Positions 54,019 through 63,715 are shown, counted from the first letter of the stretch. The stretch is 64,000 bases of DNA from Candidatus Limnocylindrales bacterium (GCA_035720425.1 DASTOB010000061.1:29870-93869), one strand, 5' to 3'. Notes: generated by a model not told the origin, from the sequence alone. Program-made: numbers and translations.

Positions 54019-55386
54019 TCAGTCGGCGTAGATCAGCTCACGAACCGCTGCGATCTCGCGCCGCAGCTCGTCGTTGACCGCCGATTCGCGGGTGATCTTG
54101 TCGCACGCGTGAAGGACCGTGGAGTGGTCCCGCCCGCCGAGCTCGGCCCCGATCCGGAGGAGCGATACGTCCGTCTCCTCGCGCATGAGGAACATGGCGA
54201 TCTGGCGGGGCATGACGATCGCCTTGTCGCGCTTCTGGCCGCGCAGCGCGTCCATCTGGACCCCGTAGTAGTCGGCGACCGCCTTGGCGATCCGCTCCGG
54301 CGTGACCTGCCGCTTCTTGGGGTTGTAGAGGACGTTCGACAGGACCGCCTGAGCGAGCTCGATCGAGATCGGCATGGCGCCCATGCTCGCGTAGGCCACG
54401 ATCCGGTTGAGCGCCCCCTCGAGTTCGCGGATGTTGCTCACGACCTTGCGCGCGATGAACTCGATCACGTCGCTCGTGATCGGGACCGCGCCCTCCTCCG
54501 CCTTGGCCCGCAGGATCGCGATGCGCGTCTCGAGGTCCGGCGCGGTGAGATCCGCGATGAGTCCCCACTCGAACCGGCTGCGCAGCCGCTCCTCGAGGGT
54601 CAGGATCGCCTTCGGTGGGCGGTCCGAGCTGAGCACGATCTGCTTGCCGTCCTCGTGGATCGCATTGAACGTGTGGAAGAACTCCTCCTGGGTCCGCTCC
54701 TTGTCGGCGATGAACTGGATGTCGTCGATGAGGAGCAGGTCGATCCGCCGGTAGCGGGCGCGGAAGTCATCGATCTTGCCCTGCTGGATCGAGGTGATGA
54801 ACTCGTTCGTGAACTTCTCGCTCGTGGCATAGACGACGCGTTTGCGCGGGAACTTGGCGATGACCTGGTTCCCGATCGCGTGCATGAGGTGGGTCTTGCC
54901 GAGCCCCACGCCGCCGTACAAGAAGAGTGGGTTGTAGGCGTGCCCGGGGCGCTCCGCGACGGACAGGCTGGCGGCGTGGGCGAGGCGGTTGGCGGAGCCG
55001 ACGATGAAGTTCGAGAACGTATAGCGCGGGTTGAGGTTCGTCGAACCCCCCTCGCCGCCGACGCGCGTCGGCTCGAGCCGCACGTGTGGTGCCGGCTGGG
55101 TGGGGGCGGTGCCGTCCGATCCGTTCGACGTGGCCGGGTCGACGACGAGGACGACGAACTCCACCTGGACGCTGTAGCCGACGATCCGGGCGAGGGTCTG
55201 GCTGATCAGGGAGCGGTACCGGTTCTCGAGCCAGTCCTTGGCGAAGCCGTTCGGGACGGCGATCCGGAAGCGCTGCTCGTCGACGTCGACGAGGCTCGTG
55301 TCGCGCAGCCAGGTCTCGAAGTTCGCGGGCGACAGCGATACCTGAAGTTCGCCGAGGGCGGCCCGCCAGACCTGCTTCGCGTCCAT
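54019..55386 (-). CDS. dnaA: Chromosomal replication initiator protein DnaA
   Basis: [10 protein letters not shown]...[19 protein letters not shown]...[21 protein letters not shown]...IDDIQF...SDRPP...[11 protein letters not shown]... The C-terminal DNA-binding domain reads [21 protein letters not shown]. The start is the ATG at 55386; the ORF track's longer version is an upstream extension. Confidence 0.95.
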   Translation of the reverse strand: MDAKQVWRAALGELQVSLSPANFETWLRDTSLVDVDEQRFRIAVPNGFAKDWLENRYRSLISQTLARIVGYSVQVEFVVLVVDPATSNGSDGTAPTQPAPHVRLEPTRVGGEGGSTNLNPRYTFSNFIVGSANRLAHAASLSVAERPGHAYNPLFLYGGVGLGKTHLMHAIGNQVIAKFPRKRVVYATSEKFTNEFITSIQQGKIDDFRARYRRIDLLLIDDIQFIADKERTQEEFFHTFNAIHEDGKQIVLSSDRPPKAILTLEERLRSRFEWGLIADLTAPDLETRIAILRAKAEEGAVPITSDVIEFIARKVVSNIRELEGALNRIVAYASMGAMPISIELAQAVLSNVLYNPKKRQVTPERIAKAVADYYGVQMDALRGQKRDKAIVMPRQIAMFLMREETDVSLLRIGAELGGRDHSTVLHACDKITRESAVNDELRREIAAVRELIYAD

Positions 55387-55739
55387 TCGATCGATGCCTG
55401 ACCTTGTGCGCAACGGCTTCCGTGAACCGGGATCGGGAGCGCGGGAATCCGGGGCCGCGAGCGTCGCGATGTGGGGCCATTCGGCTGCCGCGATGCTGTA
55501 CGTCCGAGGGTTCCCGGTGGTCGATGTCCGGGTTACCCGCGAGCGTCCCGGCGCCGAGGGCCCGGAGAGGATAGCACCGCGCCGCGGGCTCCCGCAAGGC
55601 AATCCGCACATACTCCACGGGAGTATCCGCTCAGGGATCGCCGGAAGGCAGGCCGACGGCGAGTCCGGCGCACGCGATGGCGCGTCCGACGCCGGGTTGA
55701 CGACGGGCCGACGACGGGGTGGCGGGACCGCCGTCCCCG

Positions 55740-55769
55740 TTTGACACCCTCGATCGGGGCAGCCTATCA
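55740..55769 (+). promoter_or_regulatory. Candidate sigma70-type promoter for rpmH-rnpA-yidD-yidC-jag
   Basis: TTGACA (55740-55745), an 18-nt spacer, then TATCAT (55764-55769), about 118 nt upstream of the rpmH ATG. Confidence 0.5.
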
Positions 55770-55886
55770 TCCGCCCGACGACGAACGCGCCGATGCGCTC
55801 ACGGGCGCCAGGCGCGTTTGCGTGCCTCTAGGGGTTGGCTCCGAACGAGTCACCGAGGCGGATGGAGAGGATCGCGCACAGTCCCG

Positions 55887-56021
55887 ATGAAGCAGACCTA
55901 CCAGCCCAAGAAGCGCCACCGCGCCAAGGAACACGGCTTCCGCGCCCGGATGAAGACCGCCGGCGGACGCCGAATCCTGGCCGCACGCCGGGCTCGTGGT
56001 CGGAAGCGCCTGACGGCCTGA
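55887..56021 (+). CDS. rpmH: 50S ribosomal protein L34
   Basis: [44 protein letters not shown] (44 aa, a canonical L34). Confidence 0.95.
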   Translation: MKQTYQPKKRHRAKEHGFRARMKTAGGRRILAARRARGRKRLTA

Positions 56022-56053
56022 CGAACGAGCGCGGCAGTGACACGCCGCGACTC

Positions 56054-56392
56054 GTGATGCTCTCCCGTCCGCAGGACTTCGCGGCGTTCCAGGGTCGCGG
56101 GACCGTCCGGTCCCATCCGCTCCTCACCGCCCGGTTCCTGCGAACGGACCACGCCTCGACCCGGTTCGGCCTGTCGACCGGGCGCAAGCTCGGCGGCGCC
56201 GTGGTGCGAAACCGCGTTCGGCGGCGACTCCGTGAGGGGCTCAGGGTGATGGCGCCCTCGTTCCGGCCCGGCTGGGACGTCCTCATCATCGCCCGGCCCG
56301 CGCTCGTCACGGCCGACCACGACGCACTGGTCGGGGCGCTGCGCCGGCTGCTCGAGCAGGGCGGCGTGATCGGAGGACGAACCACTACGTGA
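56054..56392 (+). CDS. rnpA: Ribonuclease P protein component
   Basis: It sits after rpmH. The sequence reads [24 protein letters not shown] (RNR motif)...DVLIIARP. The start could be the GTG at 56054 or the ATG at 56057. Confidence 0.85.
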   Translation: MMLSRPQDFAAFQGRGTVRSHPLLTARFLRTDHASTRFGLSTGRKLGGAVVRNRVRRRLREGLRVMAPSFRPGWDVLIIARPALVTADHDALVGALRRLLEQGGVIGGRTTT

Positions 56393-56595
56393 AGCGCGTC
56401 GGGATCGGGTTCATACGTCTCTACCGGATCGTGTTTGCGTGGTTGCCGCCGAGCTGTCGGTTCGAGCCCACCTGCTCGCACTACACGGAGCAGGCGATAG
56501 ACAAGTACGGCCTCGTCCGGGGCAGCTGGATGGGGGCACGCCGCATTGCTCGCTGTCACCCCTGGAACCCGGGCGGATATGACCCCGTCCGGTGA
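56389..56595 (+). CDS. yidD: Membrane protein insertion efficiency factor YidD
   Basis: [34 protein letters not shown]...[16 protein letters not shown]. The GTG start overlaps the rnpA stop. Confidence 0.9.
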   Translation: MKRVGIGFIRLYRIVFAWLPPSCRFEPTCSHYTEQAIDKYGLVRGSWMGARRIARCHPWNPGGYDPVR

Positions 56596-57760
56596 CGGTG
56601 GTCGGGGGGTGAGGACCGGGAGCGGGCGACGCCCGTGGCTGGCGCCGCTCCTGCTCCTCACGGTCGTCGCTCTCGTCGCGGCGTGTGTCCCGGGAGCGCC
56701 GGCAGGGTCCGGCGCTCCGTCGCCGTCGCCCATTCCGCCGCTCGCACCGGCCCAGCCCACGGACCCGTTCAACCTGTTCGCGTGGGCGTTCACGCCGATC
56801 TTCCAGCCGATGTTCATCCTGCTCGTGTTCGTCTACGACGTGCTCGAGCAGGCCGCCGTGCCCGGGGCGATCGGGATCGCGATCGTCGTCCTCACGCTCG
56901 TCGTGCGGGCGGTGCTGATCCCGCTCTATCGCCGCCAGCTCGTCTCGCAGCGGCGGATGCAGATGCTCCAGCCGGAAATCTCCGAGATCAAGCGGCGCTT
57001 CAAGGGCGACGCGATGAAGCAGCGGGTCGCGCAACAGGAGCTCATGAAGGAGCGCGGGGTCAACCCGCTGGCCGGCTGCCTGCCGCTCCTCCTGCAGCTG
57101 CCGCTCCTGTTCGTCATGTATTCGGTCATCTCGAACGGACTGACCAACCCGGATCCGACCGCGATGCTCCAGGTCGCCGGCATCACGCTCGTCGATATCG
57201 ACTGCCTGAACAACGGCGACCAGTTCAAGCCGTGCATCGACCCGATCGTCCCGCTCCTCGGTGACGTGAGCAAGCCGGAGATCCTGTTCACCATCCCCGG
57301 CATCATGTTCGGCGTGAGCGGGCTGGCGATCCTGTCTTCGCTGCTTCAGCTCGTTCAATCGCGGATGATGCTCACCCCGGCGGATCCCACCAACGACGAC
57401 CCCAACCTGCGCATCCAGCGCCAGACGATGCTGTTCCTGCCGCTCATCTCGATCCTCTACGGCGGCATCCTGCCAGCCGGCCTGTTCATCTACTGGATCG
57501 TGGCGACGATCTTCTCGATCGTCCAGCAGTACCTGATCGTCGGCTGGGGTGCGATGTTCCCGCTGTTCGGCTGGACGCCGGGCTTCGCGGCCGACCACAC
57601 ACCGCGGTTCCCGGTGGCGATGCCACCGCCGGTCGATCCATCGACCCGGCCGGCCAAGTCCGTGCTCGGAGGGGCGAACGTGTCGCGAGCCGCGTCCGCC
57701 GACAAGACCATTCGCCATCGTGAACGCGGCCGCCAGGGCCGCCGAGGGAGACGCCGCTGA
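56579..57760 (+). CDS. yidC: Membrane protein insertase YidC (probable lipoprotein type)
   Basis: Lipobox-like LVAAC after a signal peptide. The core reads [45 protein letters not shown]...[19 protein letters not shown]...[17 protein letters not shown]. The start could be the ATG at 56579 or the GTG at 56609. Confidence 0.88.
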   Translation: MTPSGDGGRGVRTGSGRRPWLAPLLLLTVVALVAACVPGAPAGSGAPSPSPIPPLAPAQPTDPFNLFAWAFTPIFQPMFILLVFVYDVLEQAAVPGAIGIAIVVLTLVVRAVLIPLYRRQLVSQRRMQMLQPEISEIKRRFKGDAMKQRVAQQELMKERGVNPLAGCLPLLLQLPLLFVMYSVISNGLTNPDPTAMLQVAGITLVDIDCLNNGDQFKPCIDPIVPLLGDVSKPEILFTIPGIMFGVSGLAILSSLLQLVQSRMMLTPADPTNDDPNLRIQRQTMLFLPLISILYGGILPAGLFIYWIVATIFSIVQQYLIVGWGAMFPLFGWTPGFAADHTPRFPVAMPPPVDPSTRPAKSVLGGANVSRAASADKTIRHRERGRQGRRGRRR

Positions 57761-57761
57761 C

Positions 57762-58859
57762 ATGAGTGCGTATCGGGAGTTCACCGGCAAGACGGTCGAG
57801 GAAGCGCTGCGCAGCGCCCGCGAGGAATTCGGCGCGGGCCTCGACGACCTCGACTTCGAGATCCTCACCCCGGGCAGCCGGGGAGTACTCGGGATGGGCG
57901 CGGAACCCGCCAGAATCGTGGCGGCGCCGCGCGCCGCCCTCGGTGGTGCCGCGCCCAAGCGCGAGGCGGCGGCCGCCCAGCCGCTTCCGCCCCCGCCACC
58001 GCGCGACGACCGGGGGTTCGGCGACCGGGATCGGGATCGCGGCGGCCGAGGGTTCGGCGACCGGGATCGCGGCCCACGCCGCGACGATCGCCCCCCGCGC
58101 GACGATCGCCCCCCGCGCGACGAGCGGCCGGCTGCCACCGTCGAGGGAGCCCCCGCAGCCGTCGAGAGCGCGCCGGTCGACGCCGAGCAAGGGCCCCGTC
58201 GGGAGGACCGCGGGGAACGCGACCGCGGGGCCCGTTTCGGCGACCGCTCGCGTGACCGCGGACCGCGGCGTGACGACCGCGGGCCCCGGCGCGCGCCGTC
58301 GTCTGACCTGTCCGCGAGCGAGGCCGCAGAGGTCGAGGCGGCACGGGGATCCCTCGCCGCGGAGCGTGCGGACCTCGAGGCCGCGGAGGCATCGCCGGAG
58401 GCGCTCGCCGCCGGGAAGCAGATCCTCGAGGAGTTGATGGGCCACCTCGGGTTTGACGTGAAGGTCGAGCTTGAGACCGGCGACACGAGCCGCCTCAACG
58501 TCGTCGGGGAGGGCGAGGAGCGCGACGCGCTCGGCGCCCTGATCGGCCGCAAGGGGGAGCGCCTGTCCGCGCTCCAGCACCTCGTCAACCTCATGCTGTC
58601 GCGGCGGATGGGCGGCTGGACGCGCGTGCTCGTCGACGTCGAGGACTATCGCGGCCGCCGCGAGCGACAGTTGCGCGACCTGGCGGACCGGGCCGCGTCG
58701 CGCGTCGTCGAGACCGGCAAGATGCTCCAGCTCGAGCCGATGCCTGCCCTCGAGCGGCGCTGGATCCACATCGCGTTGCGCGACAATCCGGACGTGGCGA
58801 CGCAGTCGATCGGCGAGGAACCCAATCGGCGGGTGGTCGTTCTGCCGCGCGGCGGCTGA
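57762..58859 (+). CDS. jag: Jag/KhpB-type RNA-binding protein (Jag_N, KH and R3H domains) with a long Arg/Asp/Gly-rich disordered insert
   Basis: N-terminus: REFTGKTVEEALRSAREEFG. C-terminal KH/R3H region: LNVVGEGEERDALGALIGRKGERLSALQHL...LEPMPALERRWIHIALRD. The central part, at about nt 57990-58300, encodes a low-complexity segment: DDRGFGDRDRDRGGRGFGDRDRGPRRDDRPPRDDRPPRDERP...RDRGPRRDDRGPRR. Confidence 0.85.
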   Translation: MSAYREFTGKTVEEALRSAREEFGAGLDDLDFEILTPGSRGVLGMGAEPARIVAAPRAALGGAAPKREAAAAQPLPPPPPRDDRGFGDRDRDRGGRGFGDRDRGPRRDDRPPRDDRPPRDERPAATVEGAPAAVESAPVDAEQGPRREDRGERDRGARFGDRSRDRGPRRDDRGPRRAPSSDLSASEAAEVEAARGSLAAERADLEAAEASPEALAAGKQILEELMGHLGFDVKVELETGDTSRLNVVGEGEERDALGALIGRKGERLSALQHLVNLMLSRRMGGWTRVLVDVEDYRGRRERQLRDLADRAASRVVETGKMLQLEPMPALERRWIHIALRDNPDVATQSIGEEPNRRVVVLPRGG

Positions 58860-58956
58860 ACGAACGGGCCATGGGGGACGCGTCACGCGTGGCGCATGCT
58901 GGGCGTCATCTGATCGCGTGCCGCGAAACCGCGGTGCCGGGCTCCCACGTAGGGCC

Positions 58957-58965
58957 TGCTAGGAT
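58957..58965 (+). promoter_or_regulatory. Candidate extended -10 element (TGCTAGGAT), which would give a very short leader for the VanW gene
   Basis: TGcTAGGAT ends 12 nt before the ATG at 58978. The motif is the same as at 8840 and 27259. Confidence 0.4.
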
Positions 58966-58977
58966 GGCGCCCGACCG

Positions 58978-60879
58978 ATGACCACGACGACGAACACCGC
59001 GCCGCCGATCACCCTCGACACGGGTCGTCGGTCCGGTCTCCTCCGCTTCGGCATCGCCTTCGCGGCCAGCCTCGGCGTCGCGATCATCCTCGCCGTCGGT
59101 GCGCTCTACGCGTTCGATCGGGCCTACGAGGGCCGCGTGCTGCCCGGGATCCGCGTCGCCGGCGTCGACCTGTCCGGGCTTGACCCGGCCGTCGCCGAGG
59201 ACCGCGTTGCCGACGCGTTCGCCTACGTCGGCCGCGGTGCGATCGATCTCACCATCGGGTCCGAGACGAGGACGATCGGGTACGGCGTCTTCGACCGCCG
59301 GGTGGACGTCGATGCCGTGGTCGGCGACGCGCTCGCCGTCGGCCGTGTCGGCTCGCCCGCGGAGCGACTGGTCGGCAACGCCAAGACGGCCGTCCGCGGT
59401 GTTGCCCTCGAGCCGGCGGTGGTCTACGACCCCGAGGCACTTTCCGCCGCCATCGAGGCGATCGCCGTGACCTTCGACCGCGCCCCGGTGAGCGCGTCGG
59501 TCGAACTGACGGAGACTGGATTCAGCGTGGTTCCGGGCGTCGACGGCGTGCGCGCCGATCGCACCGCGGCCGCCGAGGCGATCCGCGCGGTCATCGCCGA
59601 CCTCGACACGCCGGCCAGGATCGAGGTCGACCTTCCGCTCGTCGTCGTCGAGCCAACGATCACGACGCGTGAGGCGCTCGAGGCCCGTCTCGCCGCGGAG
59701 CGAATCGCGATGGACATCACGCTCGCCGAGGGCGACGAGCGCTGGACGATCCCCGGCACGACGGTTCGCTCGTGGATCTCGTTCGTGTCAACCCCGGACG
59801 GCTCCTACCAGCCGGCGGTCGACACAACCGGTCTCGGAACCGAACTGGGCGAGATCGCCAAGCTGGTCGCCCGCGAGCCGAAGAATGCAACGTTCCTCGT
59901 CGGCGACGGGAGCGTCGTGGTCGGGGTGACCGCCGGCGCCGATGGTCGTTCGCTTGACATCCCGACGACGACGACCCGCATCAACGACGCCCTTCGGGCG
60001 CGAGCCGGCCGCGCACCGACGCCGGTCGTCGAGCCGGCCCTGCTCGTCGTGGCGCCGGCCCTGTCGACCGAGGACGCCGAGAAGGTCGCGCCGCTCATGG
60101 AGCGCATCTCGACCTGGACGACCTGGTTCCCGATCGGCGAGAAGAACGGCTTCGGCGCGAACATCTGGATCCCTGCCATCGACATCGACGGCTACGTCGT
60201 GGGCCCGGGCGAGACGTTCGACTTCTGGAAGGCCGTCGGACCGGTCACCCGCGAGCGCGGCTACCGCGACGGTGGGGCGATCATCAACGGCCGAACGGAG
60301 CCCCAGGGCGCGCTCGCCGGCGGGATCTGCTCGACCTCGACCACGCTGTTCAACGCCGCGCTTCGGGCCGGCTTCGACATGGGTGCCCGGCGCAACCACT
60401 ACTACTACATCGACCGCTACCCGCTCGGCCTCGACGCGACCGTGTTCAAGAGCGCGTCCGGGTCCGTCCAGACGATGTCGTGGACGAACGACACGGAGTA
60501 CCCGGTGCTCATCCGCGGGTTCAAGATCCGCGAGGGCAGCAAGGGCTACGTCCGGTTCGACCTGTACAGCGTGCCGACGGGTCGGACGGTCTCCTTCTCG
60601 AAGCCGACGGTGAAGAACGTCAGACCGGCGAGCGATTCGGTCCAGTACACGACCTCGCTCGCACCCGGTGTCCGCCAGCGGATCGAGTACCCGGTCGACG
60701 GCAAGGATGTCTGGGTGACCCGCACGGTCAAGGACGCGGCCGGGGCCGTCATCCACGAGGAGACGTACTACTCCCACTACGCCCGAATCACCGGCATCGT
60801 GCTCGTCGGCGTTGCTCCGACCGACACGACCGCCGAACCGGCTCCGCCGCCCGACCCGGCCCCGACGCCGACGCCGTAG
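58978..60879 (+). CDS. VanW-family protein with N-terminal membrane anchor
   Basis: The TM segment is LLRFGIAFAASLGVAIILAVGALYAF. The VanW core reads GYVVGPGETFDFWKAVGPVTRERGYRDGGAII...GGICSTSTTLFNAALRAGF...RRNHYYYIDRYPLGLDATV. Confidence 0.85.
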   Translation: MTTTTNTAPPITLDTGRRSGLLRFGIAFAASLGVAIILAVGALYAFDRAYEGRVLPGIRVAGVDLSGLDPAVAEDRVADAFAYVGRGAIDLTIGSETRTIGYGVFDRRVDVDAVVGDALAVGRVGSPAERLVGNAKTAVRGVALEPAVVYDPEALSAAIEAIAVTFDRAPVSASVELTETGFSVVPGVDGVRADRTAAAEAIRAVIADLDTPARIEVDLPLVVVEPTITTREALEARLAAERIAMDITLAEGDERWTIPGTTVRSWISFVSTPDGSYQPAVDTTGLGTELGEIAKLVAREPKNATFLVGDGSVVVGVTAGADGRSLDIPTTTTRINDALRARAGRAPTPVVEPALLVVAPALSTEDAEKVAPLMERISTWTTWFPIGEKNGFGANIWIPAIDIDGYVVGPGETFDFWKAVGPVTRERGYRDGGAIINGRTEPQGALAGGICSTSTTLFNAALRAGFDMGARRNHYYYIDRYPLGLDATVFKSASGSVQTMSWTNDTEYPVLIRGFKIREGSKGYVRFDLYSVPTGRTVSFSKPTVKNVRPASDSVQYTTSLAPGVRQRIEYPVDGKDVWVTRTVKDAAGAVIHEETYYSHYARITGIVLVGVAPTDTTAEPAPPPDPAPTPTP

Positions 60880-60913
60880 CACGACCCGCGCGGGGGTGCC
60901 GCGACGTCGCGAC

Positions 60914-61378
60914 TCAGTTCGCGCGACCGCGCCGCATCACGACGGCCGCACTCGCCAGCACACCGAGCACGATCACGGCGCCGAGGCCGATGGAGGACGG
61001 CCCCACCGGCGCAGCCGGCTGCTCGCTGTCCGTGGCGGGCAGGGTGTCCGAGACGGTCACCCGGCCCTCCATCGTCGGATGGATCGTGCAGTGGTAGCGG
61101 TAGATGCCGACCGTCGCGAAGGTCACACTGCGCGAAGAGTTGGTGAAGATGTTGCCGGTTCCCCAGCTCTCATCGGCCGCCGTCGCGTCGTGGCGCTCCG
61201 CATCACGGTTCGTCCAGGTCACCGAGTCACCCGGGGCGATCGTCACGTCGGCCGGCTGGAAGGTGTTCGCCTCGATCGTCACATCATGATTCGCGGCCGC
61301 CGCAGCGCCACCGGCCACCGCGACGACCAGGATGAGTCCGCAGCCGACGGCCATCGACCACCGTGCCAGGTTCGCCAT
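60914..61378 (-). CDS. Type-1 (blue) copper cupredoxin, plastocyanin/amicyanin-like, with signal peptide and C-terminal TM anchor
   Basis: The copper ligand context is DSVTWTNRDAERHD...GIYRYHCTIHPTMEG (H...C-x2-H-x2-M). The N-terminal signal is MANLARWSMAVGCGLILVVAVAGGAAAA. The C-terminus reads LPATD...IGLGAVIVLGVLASAAVVMRRGRAN. Confidence 0.85.
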   Translation of the reverse strand: MANLARWSMAVGCGLILVVAVAGGAAAAANHDVTIEANTFQPADVTIAPGDSVTWTNRDAERHDATAADESWGTGNIFTNSSRSVTFATVGIYRYHCTIHPTMEGRVTVSDTLPATDSEQPAAPVGPSSIGLGAVIVLGVLASAAVVMRRGRAN

Positions 61379-61483
61379 CGTCGTACCTCCCGCGTGGCGC
61401 GCGGTGGACCGCCCGGCCGCGCCGGCGCACGGTGCCGGGTCCGACCGATTGAGGCCATACGACGAACGTCGTATTGTGCGTCG

Positions 61484-62230
61484 ATGGCGCTCGTGACGGA
61501 TCGCGACTATCGGGCGATCCTCGCGGTCGTTGCCGAGGCCGCACGCGGTACGGCCGCGATGCCACTGCCGCCCGGCGCGCTCGAGGCCACCCGCCGGCTC
61601 TTCCCGTGGGCGGACAGCGCGGCGTACTTCGAGGGTGCTCCGTGGAGCCGATGGCGCAGGGTGTGGGTGTCGGGCAACCACACGCCGTGGTCAACCTCCG
61701 AGCGCGAGGTCGTGGACCGCTTCCGGCACCAGGTTCCGCTCTGGCCGGGACCCACGTCGCTCGACCGTCCGTTGCGCCTGTCGGACTTCATGTCCCGGCG
61801 CGCGTACCGTCGTCTCGACCTGTACGTGATGGCTGGTCGGGCCCATGGGATCGAGTACTCGATGGGCTGGTGGACCCGGCCGCGGGACGGCATCGTCCGC
61901 GGCTTCGGCATCGATGCGAGCGCGCGGGACTTCAGCGACCGCGATCTGGCGGTACTCGACATCCTCGGAACGTACCTCGGCCGGGTGCTCTCGATCCACG
62001 ACCCGCGTCTGCCGGAGGCACCGGCATCGCATCGGCTCACCGCGCGGCAGCGCGACATTCTCGGCTGGGTCGCTCGCGGACGGTCGAACCTGGAAATCGC
62101 CACGATCCTGTCGCTGTCGCCCGGGACGGTGCGCAAGCATCTCGAGAACGCCTACGAGCGTCTCGGGGTGCACAGTCGGGCCGCGGCCGTGCAAGCCGGC
62201 TACGGCGGACTCGATCGGGCAGAATCGTAG
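61484..62230 (+). CDS. LuxR-family transcriptional regulator
   Basis: The C-terminal HTH is LTARQRDILGWVARGRSNLEIATILSLSPGTVRKHLENAYERLGVHSRAAAV. I did not recognise the N-terminal sensor domain. Confidence 0.85.
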   Translation: MALVTDRDYRAILAVVAEAARGTAAMPLPPGALEATRRLFPWADSAAYFEGAPWSRWRRVWVSGNHTPWSTSEREVVDRFRHQVPLWPGPTSLDRPLRLSDFMSRRAYRRLDLYVMAGRAHGIEYSMGWWTRPRDGIVRGFGIDASARDFSDRDLAVLDILGTYLGRVLSIHDPRLPEAPASHRLTARQRDILGWVARGRSNLEIATILSLSPGTVRKHLENAYERLGVHSRAAAVQAGYGGLDRAES

Positions 62231-62288
62231 GAGGGAGACCACCCGGCGATCTCCGAGAGGGCCGATGCCGCTCCGGCGGGCCTGGGCG

Positions 62289-63140
62289 TCAGCGCGGAGG
62301 TAGGGCGAACAAACGGCGCGGCCCCGGCAGGCCGCGCAGTTCGTGCTCGCCGCGGTCTTCCAGGCCAAGGCGATCGTCGCCCGCGAGGGTGGCGGTCGTG
62401 GCCGACACGAGGATCTCCCCGGGACCGGCGATCGACAGCATGCGTGAGGCCTCGTGGATCGCCAGGCCGCGGATGTCGTCGCCGGCCGGCTCCACCTCGC
62501 CGGTGTGGACGGCCAACCGAATGGTGACCTCGAGACCCGTGGCAGCATCGCGCAGGGCGAGCGCGCAGCGCAGCGCCCTCGCCGCACCGTCGAACGTCGC
62601 CAGGGTACCGTCTCCGGTGGTCTTGACGACCCGACCACGAAAGCGGGCCACGATGTCCGCCGCCTGGCCCTCGAACGCTGCCAGCAGGTCTCCCCACGTC
62701 CGATCGCCGAGGCGAACCGCCGCCGCCGTCGAGTCGACGATGTCGGTGAAGACGATCGTCGTGATCACCCGGTCGGCGAGTGACTCGAGCGGCGCGAGGA
62801 AGCCCCGGGCTCCGGTCCACGCGATCGTTTCGGCCGGCTCGTCGCCGACGACCCAGGCGTCGTGACCCGGCGGAATGTCCAGGAGCGAGATCGGCTCGGC
62901 GTCAAAGGCCGTTCCGTCACGGAGGATGAACGACATCCGCCCACGGATGAGCACCCCCACGTGGTGCACCTCGCACCACTCGGTGCCGATGAGCGGTCGG
63001 ATGTGGGTCGACCAGCGCCAGCCCGGCTGCTGGAGGTCGTGCGAGACCGTGAGGCCGCCCTTCGTGATCATCTCGGAGCGAACGGTCTCGATCTCGATGA
63101 CCTCGTCGGGGGACGAGAAGCTCCGCACGTAGCGTTCCAC
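62289..63140 (-). CDS. Class III adenylate/guanylate cyclase with N-terminal cupin-like domain
   Basis: The cyclase homology domain reads ITTIVFTDIVDSTAAAVRLGD...VKTTGDGTLATFD...RLAVHTGEVE...GLAIHEASRM. I placed the start at the GTG at 63140, which is preceded by GGAGG-N5. The ORF track's start at 63212 would come within 30 nt of the tmRNA 3' end. Confidence 0.82.
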   Translation of the reverse strand: MERYVRSFSSPDEVIEIETVRSEMITKGGLTVSHDLQQPGWRWSTHIRPLIGTEWCEVHHVGVLIRGRMSFILRDGTAFDAEPISLLDIPPGHDAWVVGDEPAETIAWTGARGFLAPLESLADRVITTIVFTDIVDSTAAAVRLGDRTWGDLLAAFEGQAADIVARFRGRVVKTTGDGTLATFDGAARALRCALALRDAATGLEVTIRLAVHTGEVEPAGDDIRGLAIHEASRMLSIAGPGEILVSATTATLAGDDRLGLEDRGEHELRGLPGPRRLFALPPR

Positions 63141-63242
63141 GGCCACCTCCGAACCCGGAGCGTAGCAGAGGCAGAGCCGTTCACTCACGCACTGCGCGCG
63201 GCACGCGCGCACGGCGGCGCGACGATTCGAAAGGGGGCACGG

Positions 63243-63616
63243 TGGTGGAGATGGGGGAGAGTCGAACTCCCCGTCCAGAGCCCGTTGCCGGAGACCACTA
63301 CGAGCGTGTCCGATGGTTTGTCGTCGACCGATCGGGCGCCCATCGGCAGGCTCCCGGCCGGTCCAGTCACGTGCCCCTAGATCGGGCTTGTCACCGGACT
63401 ACGCGACGCTGATCCGGTTTGCAGCCCCGCTGTATGACGCTTCCACCACCCGCGGGACCGAGGTGGCTTCCACGCTCACCTTACCGCCTAAGCGGCGAGG
63501 GCGAGAGTCGACTGGCGGTTGCCAGGTACTTCGTTTTGCCGCCTGTTTAACGAGGCCTGACGGCACCTCGGCTCGCGTCCTCCGACTGCAGGACCCTGTC
63601 GAAACCACACATCCCC
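63243..63616 (-). ncRNA. ssrA: tmRNA (SsrA)
   Basis: On the - strand the 5' end reads GGGGATGTGTGGTTTCGACAGGG. The 3' end reads GGGGAGTTCGACTCTCCCCCATCTCCACCA, comprising a T-arm, an acceptor strand complementary to the 5' GGGGATG (including a G3:U pair) and an encoded CCA. The internal tag frame is GGC AAC CGC CAG TCG ACT CTC GCC CTC GCC GCT TAG, giving (G)NRQSTLALAA, at 63488-63523. The ends are good to within a few nt. Confidence 0.9.
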
Positions 63617-63646
63617 ACAGGACCCGAACGTCGGTTCGGTATGCAG

Positions 63647-63655
63647 ATCGTACCA
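63647..63655 (-). promoter_or_regulatory. Possible extended -10 element (TGGTACGAT on the - strand) upstream of ssrA
   Basis: The reverse complement of 63647-63655 is TGGTACGAT. It lies about 30 nt upstream of the mature 5' end, which fits a short precursor leader removed by RNase P. Evidence is weak. Confidence 0.3.
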
Positions 63656-63715
63656 CCGGTCGGCCGATCCGCCAACGCCTGCTCCGGCGCAATGGGCCGA
63701 GAGGCGATGACGGTA

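Noticed and set aside
55387-55886. The rpmH-dnaA intergenic region as the main oriC.
   Set aside because: It has only three weak (about 6/9) DnaA-box-like sites and no AT-rich stretch. The dnaA-dnaN spacer has many more and better boxes, including a perfect one. This region is better explained as promoter and autoregulatory sequence.
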